Assembly (NCBI GenBank): GCA_013626165.1
Contig: NDHX01000001.1
Location: 36,817-100,816, forward strand
Direction of reading: 5' to 3'
Source of the DNA: Candidatus Velesiimonas alkalicola
GTDB taxonomy: Bacteria > Omnitrophota > Gorgyraeia > Velesiimonadales > Velesiimonadaceae
Length of the DNA: 64,000 nucleotides
The notes beneath the pieces were generated by a model. The model worked only from the letters and a program-made list of their open reading frames with translations. It was not told where the DNA came from and made no database searches. Positions 58,946-64,000 of this stretch are shown here, piece after piece. Position 1 is the first letter of the stretch. The number at the start of each line of letters is the position of its first letter. Made by a program: the position numbers and the translations under genes.

Positions 58946-60394
58946 ATGATTAAGTCAAATAGCAGAGAACTGTGGAATAAAGTTTTTGCAAAGGCGGGGC
59001 ATGTTTTTCTACCAGTAGGCAAAAAAGTTTTGCGTAATTCCAGGTTGAGAAAAATTGCTTTTACTAAGGCAAAAGAGCGATTGCGCAAAATGGCGCTAAA
59101 TCGGGAAAGTAAACGAGCTGAAGATGGATACTATATGTTCATAGCTCTTTTACACTCTATTGAGCAAATGCTGGATAGCAACGTTTCTCCTAAATGTTTT
59201 GACGCTCTAACAGATATTTTTATGGGGAAATTATTAGGTGGAGGGGAAGCTAAACCAAAAAAGATATTTCTGGAGGAAACGGGGAGGGAAACGCCTTTTT
59301 TTGTGCTTGTATGTCCGACACAACTCTGCAATTTAAAATGTCCGGGTTGCTATACAGCTTCAGGGAAAAACGGAGATACGCTTAAGTATGAGGTATTTGA
59401 TAGAATTGTGAGAGAAATAAAAGAATTGTGGGGCGCTCATTTTATTGTCCTCTCGGGTGGGGAACCGCTTCTCTATCCACGCCTGTTTGATATTGCAAAA
59501 AAGCACCAGGATGTTCTCTTTTTGATGTACAGTAATGGTACCCTTATAAACGAGAAAATGGCCCAAAGATTAGCTGAAGCCGGCAACATTACCCCGGCTA
59601 TATCCGTGGAAGGATTTGAAAAAGAGACAGACGCAAGAAGGGGGGAAGGTGTTTATCAAAAGATACTTACAGCTTTTGCTAATATGAGGAATGCCGGAGT
59701 TCCTTTCGGGATTTCGGTAACTGCTACGAGTAAGAATATAGATGTGATAACCAGTGATGAGTTCTATGACTTCTACTTTGAGCAACAAGGAGTGAAATAT
59801 CAGTGGCAGTTCCACTATATGCCTGTGGGAAGATCGTATACGCTTGAGCTTATGCCTACTCCCCAGCAGAGGCTTTTTACAAGAGAAAGAAAACGAAAAA
59901 TGGAACGAGAAAAGGAGTATTTCATAGGTGATTTCTGGAACGATGGGCCATCATGTAGAGGATGTCTGGCAGCAGGTAGAGGTGGAGGCTATTTTAATAT
60001 AACCGGATCGGGCGATTGTACGCCCTGTGGATTTCAGCCATATACAGCAGATAATATAAATGATATTTATGAAAAAGGCGGGAATTTGAATACTGTTCTC
60101 AAGTCTGATTTCTTCCGCGCAGTAAGAAAATGGCAAGACAACTATGCATACGGAAAATCTGATTTAGAGCAGGATAATCTTCTAATGACCTGTCCGATTA
60201 GAGATCATTATAAGGAATTTTATGAGCATATATTACAGAAACATCATCCCAGACCTATTTATCCCGAGGCAGGAGCAGCGTTAGAGGATGAAGAATACAG
60301 GAAGGGCATGATAGATTATGGTAAAAGCCTGAAGAGGTTGTCGGCCCCTATTTGGAACAAGGAATATCTTAACAAAAATGACAGCAGTAGATGA
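58946..60394 (+). CDS. Radical SAM protein with C-terminal SPASM/twitch-like cysteines
   Basis: CNLKCPGC, SGGEP, GCLAAG...ITGSGDCTPC, CPIRDH. Confidence 0.92.
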   Translation: MIKSNSRELWNKVFAKAGHVFLPVGKKVLRNSRLRKIAFTKAKERLRKMALNRESKRAEDGYYMFIALLHSIEQMLDSNVSPKCFDALTDIFMGKLLGGGEAKPKKIFLEETGRETPFFVLVCPTQLCNLKCPGCYTASGKNGDTLKYEVFDRIVREIKELWGAHFIVLSGGEPLLYPRLFDIAKKHQDVLFLMYSNGTLINEKMAQRLAEAGNITPAISVEGFEKETDARRGEGVYQKILTAFANMRNAGVPFGISVTATSKNIDVITSDEFYDFYFEQQGVKYQWQFHYMPVGRSYTLELMPTPQQRLFTRERKRKMEREKEYFIGDFWNDGPSCRGCLAAGRGGGYFNITGSGDCTPCGFQPYTADNINDIYEKGGNLNTVLKSDFFRAVRKWQDNYAYGKSDLEQDNLLMTCPIRDHYKEFYEHILQKHHPRPIYPEAGAALEDEEYRKGMIDYGKSLKRLSAPIWNKEYLNKNDSSR

Positions 60395-60444
60395 TTCTGA
60401 TTTAGCAGAGGGCATGGATAAAAAAATGGATAAGAAATTTTTGT

Positions 60445-60473
60445 TTGACAAGATGGTTGCCGCTGCGTATAAT
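60445..60473 (+). promoter_or_regulatory. Consensus sigma70 promoter TTGACA-N17-TATAAT
   Basis: Perfect match to both hexamers. Confidence 0.75.
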
Positions 60474-60511
60474 TAAATAGTAAATACTCTAGTAAACATC
60501 GTTCCCTCTCT

Positions 60512-60580
60512 CTGTCATTCCTGCATGTTTTAAGCAGGAATCTGGATTCCTGCTCACTGCCCCTGATTAAATCAGGGGGA
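60512..60580. repeat. GTCATTCC-type palindromic repeat remnant
   Basis: ATTCCTGC/GCAGGAAT and CCCCTGATT/AATCAGGGG hairpins. Confidence 0.55.
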
Positions 60581-60670
60581 CACGGGGTTGACTGAATATT
60601 TGGCATTAAATATGAGGGCGAGTTGATGGGTTCAGGAAGAAGCAGGAAGAAACATGAGGAGGTGATAATC

Positions 60671-60973
60671 ATGCAAGATGTTTTAAAGAAAGTATTTAAT
60701 TTGGGCCTTGGGGCGATAGTCATCACCAAAGAAAAAGCAGAGGAAGTTGTGAAGGAGTTGGTTAAAAAAGGCGAGGTTGGCGAGGAAGAAAGTAGAAAAT
60801 TAGTCAATAAATTGATTGAAAAGGGACAAGAGAGTAGGAAGGAGATGCAAACACAGATAGAGAAGACAGTTAAGGGTGTAATAGAAAAGCTGGATATATC
60901 AACCCGCAGTGAACTAGAGGGGCTTAAATCTGAGATTGAACGGCTAAAAGAAAACTTGGGTAAGAAAAAATAG
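60671..60973 (+). CDS. Phasin-like (PHA granule-associated family) protein
   Basis: GLGA...TKEKAEE.V.ELVKKGE, LDI.TR.EL..L coiled coil; GAGGAGGTG RBS. Confidence 0.8.
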   Translation: MQDVLKKVFNLGLGAIVITKEKAEEVVKELVKKGEVGEEESRKLVNKLIEKGQESRKEMQTQIEKTVKGVIEKLDISTRSELEGLKSEIERLKENLGKKK

Positions 60974-61073
60974 CAGAAGAAAGCCTGCTCTTGCAAATGC
61001 TCTACTAGAACCCCGGGCCATGGTGTGTCCTATCAACTGAATTGTAGTTACTTGATTTATCAAGCTAAACGCT

Positions 61074-61136
61074 CTATACTTTCCTGGTATCAAGAAAATA
61101 AATCTCTCCTCTCTGTGGATAGTTGGCGGTATTCAT
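61074..61136 (-). pseudogene. Truncated MazF/PemK-like toxin (20 codons)
   Basis: MNTANYPQRGEIYFLDTRKV*; PxRGEIY is the typical PemK/MazF N-terminus; directly follows the RHH gene. Confidence 0.65.
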
Positions 61137-61150
61137 GTTCGCCAGTTCTC

Positions 61151-61405
61151 CTATTCTTGGTATAGTGGGAAATGTTTATCAGAGTATTGTCTGAAATGGC
61201 GAAGTAGCTTCTGGTCGGTCTGATGGATTTCTTGATAAAGCTGAGCTAACTTCTTATTTTCCTTCCGGGGGAATTCTTCCAGATAGGCCTTTAGCGCCAG
61301 TCTATAAAACATGCTCCGGTTAAGACCTGTGCGATCTCGCATTTCTTCTACCTGTCGAACCAATGTCTTCGGTAGGCTAACAGCTACCCTCTCTACTTGA
61401 GTCAT
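61151..61405 (-). CDS. Ribbon-helix-helix (CopG-like) protein, probable antitoxin
   Basis: RVAVSLPKTL...GLNRSMFYRLALKAYL; AGGAGG RBS. Confidence 0.8.
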   Translation of the reverse strand: MTQVERVAVSLPKTLVRQVEEMRDRTGLNRSMFYRLALKAYLEEFPRKENKKLAQLYQEIHQTDQKLLRHFRQYSDKHFPLYQE

Positions 61406-61504
61406 TTCCTGTTCCTCCTTCTCCTGAACAAGCGCTTAATCCATTACTACTTTCTGATTAAAGTATGACACATGTGTGAAAACTTGTCAAAAAAATCCGC
61501 GATT

Positions 61505-62221
61505 TTACTTTATCAGGCAAAACAGGAGGAGGGTAACTATTTCCATTAATTCCGCCGTTGCCCTCAGGACATCGCCGGTTATTCCTTCCAGCTTCCTTAA
61601 GCTAAACCAGCGAAGAGTCAGGGTGGCTAAACAAACAATTGCCATAAGGGGAATGACAAAAAACCTAAAGAGCAACAAAGAGACGATAAAAGTGATAAGG
61701 CTGGCTCTGACGAGGCTTCGATAATCATCTTGGCCGGAAGAGGAAAATCTTTCCCGGCTTATCCCCCGGGCATAAGGGGCAAGAGTTCCTATGACCACCA
61801 TAGCCCAGCGGCCCATAAGGGGCATAAGAAGAAGCGCCCCCAACTCTACCCTCTCAACCAAGCTATAGAGAAGAGCAAATTTAATTAATAGCAGGAGGAT
61901 TAGAGCCACAACTCCCCGGAAACCAGGACGGCTCTCTCGCATGATAGTTAGGGCTTCATCCCCATGTTTTCCGCTGAAGAACCCCTCGCAGGCAGCAACA
62001 AATCCCCCCAGGGGTAAAGCTCCGGTGAGGATAACCAAAACAATCAAAACTATAGCTTTAGCCACTAAAGGCGGAAACAAGGAGGAACTAACCAGGTTAA
62101 CCAGAATTAGGATTGCCCCCAGAAGCAGTCCCACCAGGGGAAAATAGGTCATTGATTTGGTCAGGTCATTTCCGCTGACTGTCTCTTTCAGCTTTGTGGG
62201 GATAATGGTCAGAAACTGCAG
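61505..62221 (-). pseudogene. cobS: Degenerate adenosylcobinamide-GDP ribazoletransferase
   Basis: LQFLTIIP, FPLVG, GITGD; original start missing and conserved acidic motif altered. Confidence 0.7.
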
Positions 62222-62515
62222 AGGTTCGTTGCATAGTTCTCATTTGTGTAGTATAATTATAAAGGAAAGTCAACTGTTCAGGTGGATAGACTGTTAGACT
62301 GTAGGTGCCCACAGCCTAAATAACTTGAATACTAAGGTTACATTGATTTGGTGTTAAGCAACAGGCGACAGGGACAGGTGACTGGAAAACAGAAAAAAAC
62401 GAAAACACTAAGATTCTTAGTCACACACACCTTTTGTCCGCCTACTTATAATTTATGGAAAGTCCATTAGGCAGATACAATCTCAAGATTTCCCTAAAAA
62501 GAGAGGATAACTAAG

Positions 62516-63652
62516 ATGGAAGGACCAAGAAGGGTCAGGAAAAAAGAATTTAATGAATTGATGTGGTTCTTGGAAAGAGTCTACGGACATCCAAAAGGCT
62601 TTTTTCCGCTTCATTACCCTGCCGTCTGGAGGGAAGAGACGGTTGATTTAGAGAATATATTTATTATCAAAGAGAAAGGTAAAATTGTAAGCCATGTTGG
62701 TCTATTTCCTCTAAATGTTAGGGTAGGAAAAAAGCTCGCCAAAGTTGGAGGAATTGGTGGTGTAGCTACTCTTCCAGAATGGCGTGGAAAAGGATTAATG
62801 ACTAAACTTCTCAATTACGCGGTTAAAAAAATGGAGGAAGAAAAGTACTCTTTTTCTGTGCTCTGGGGAGATAGACAACGGTATGGGAATTTTGGCTATG
62901 AATTAGCCGGAAGGCAGATAAACTTAACCTTAAATAAAAGGTCATTGGAAAAAATGCCCAATCTTTCCAATCTAAAATTAAAAAGATATGAGGGGAAAGA
63001 AATAGAGTTAAAGAAGATTATCTCTATGCATAAAAAAGAACCTTTTTCTGTCCAAAGAAAAGATAAAGATTATAAAATTTTACTGGAAAGACCGGACATA
63101 GTCACATACCTTGGTTATAAAAATAGAGAGGATGCTTACCTTATCTTGAAAGAAAATTCTGTTATAGAATTTGGTGGAAACTTGGAAGTTATATTATCTT
63201 CCATCTTTTCTCTCATCCAAACTTTCAATCTGGGAAATATCAATATATCTGTTCCATTTAAGTATCCTTTGCTTGCTCTTTTCTTAAAAGCCACCTGTGT
63301 TTTTTCTGTCTCCTCTTTTTGTATGTTAAAAATTATAGATTTAAGAAGGATTCTGGAAACTTTTATTTATCAAATAGAAGAAAGGTACTTAAAAAGTGGA
63401 ATGACTCTAAAAAAAGCAATTACCCTTTATCTTTCTGGCACAGAGCAAAAAGCAACTCTTCTTTTTGATAAAGGAATAAAAATTAGTCAAAAAGAGGTAA
63501 AAGACATGGTAATACTTCCAGAGCAAGAAATGGTAAAACTTCTTTTTGGAACCCTTCCCCCTGATTCTTTTTTAAAATTAGAAAAAGAGAAACTCTTTTT
63601 AAACTTTTTCTTTCCCCTTGATTTCTACATCTGGTCACTTGATTCTGTTTAA
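62516..63652 (+). CDS. Eis-like GNAT acetyltransferase
   Basis: IGGVATLPEWRGKGLM, RYGNFGYE, SCP2-like C-terminus. Confidence 0.85.
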   Translation: MEGPRRVRKKEFNELMWFLERVYGHPKGFFPLHYPAVWREETVDLENIFIIKEKGKIVSHVGLFPLNVRVGKKLAKVGGIGGVATLPEWRGKGLMTKLLNYAVKKMEEEKYSFSVLWGDRQRYGNFGYELAGRQINLTLNKRSLEKMPNLSNLKLKRYEGKEIELKKIISMHKKEPFSVQRKDKDYKILLERPDIVTYLGYKNREDAYLILKENSVIEFGGNLEVILSSIFSLIQTFNLGNINISVPFKYPLLALFLKATCVFSVSSFCMLKIIDLRRILETFIYQIEERYLKSGMTLKKAITLYLSGTEQKATLLFDKGIKISQKEVKDMVILPEQEMVKLLFGTLPPDSFLKLEKEKLFLNFFFPLDFYIWSLDSV

Positions 63653-63711
63653 CCTCTTTTAAAGACAATTTTACAACGCTCACAGATACAGCAGGCAGGA
63701 AGGCAGAAGGT

Positions 63712-64000
63712 ATGAACATAGTTGTTGCACTATCAGGTGGGGTCGACAGTAGCGTTGCTGCTGCACAGTTGTGTAAGAAGCAGAACAGGGTTATTGGTAT
63801 TACAATGAGGCTGTGGCCTGATTGGCTTTGTGGAACTCAGCATCAGAGATCCTGCTGCGGTCTTCAATCCATACAGGATGCCCGTCTTGTTGCAGAAAAG
63901 TTAAACATCCCGTTCTATGTTCTTAATATGGGAAAGGAGTTTGAGAAAGAGGTTATTGTTCCATTCTGTGAAGAGTACTTAAAGGGGAGAACGCCAAACC
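63712..64000 (+). CDS. mnmA: tRNA 2-thiouridine synthase MnmA, 5' part (runs off window)
   Basis: MNIVVALSGGVDSSVAA...SCC...DARLVAEKLNIPFY...YLKGRTPN. Confidence 0.95.
   Translation, partial: MNIVVALSGGVDSSVAAAQLCKKQNRVIGITMRLWPDWLCGTQHQRSCCGLQSIQDARLVAEKLNIPFYVLNMGKEFEKEVIVPFCEEYLKGRTPN

Noticed and set aside
60316-60996. 226-aa minus-strand ORF
   Set aside because: Antisense to the phasin-like gene and its promoter/repeat region; low-complexity F/S/L composition

Overview
AT-rich bacterial chromosome segment. Inferred origin is a diderm, probably anaerobic, PVC-related candidate lineage, based on a GT9 heptosyltransferase, gatB, rpsP-trmD-rplS-rnhB without rimM, and a planctomycete-type 'IRE-like' protein. 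Most of it is housekeeping: proC-ileS-dksA-lspA-lgt-rluD, tRNA-Ser(GGA), pabBC, EF-G-like, yebC-ruvC, cysE, accD, argCJ, GH57, tRNA-Arg(TCG), Lon-type protease, polA-glgA-coaE-rho-rpmE-prfA-prmC-murA-rpsP-trmD-rplS-rnhB-yraN, truB-lepA-lepB-gatB and mnmA. There are two accessory regions. (1) ~37.3-42.5 kb holds two attC-like sites bracketing a HinP1I-family endonuclease and an amino-methyltransferase, which looks like an integron cassette without an integrase, followed by IS630/IS110 debris. (2) ~50.8-63.6 kb holds TetR-TolC-MFP-RND, MarR-glycosyltransferase(pseudo)-radical SAM, a phasin-like gene, an antitoxin with a truncated MazF, and a degenerate cobS. The most unusual feature is a set of short palindromic element families. 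They nest inside one another, supply stop codons, and enter coding sequence: a tandem 2x36-bp in-frame insertion in glgA and heptamer repeats forming a lipoprotein signal peptide. All family assignments come from motif recognition by eye; no searches were run.
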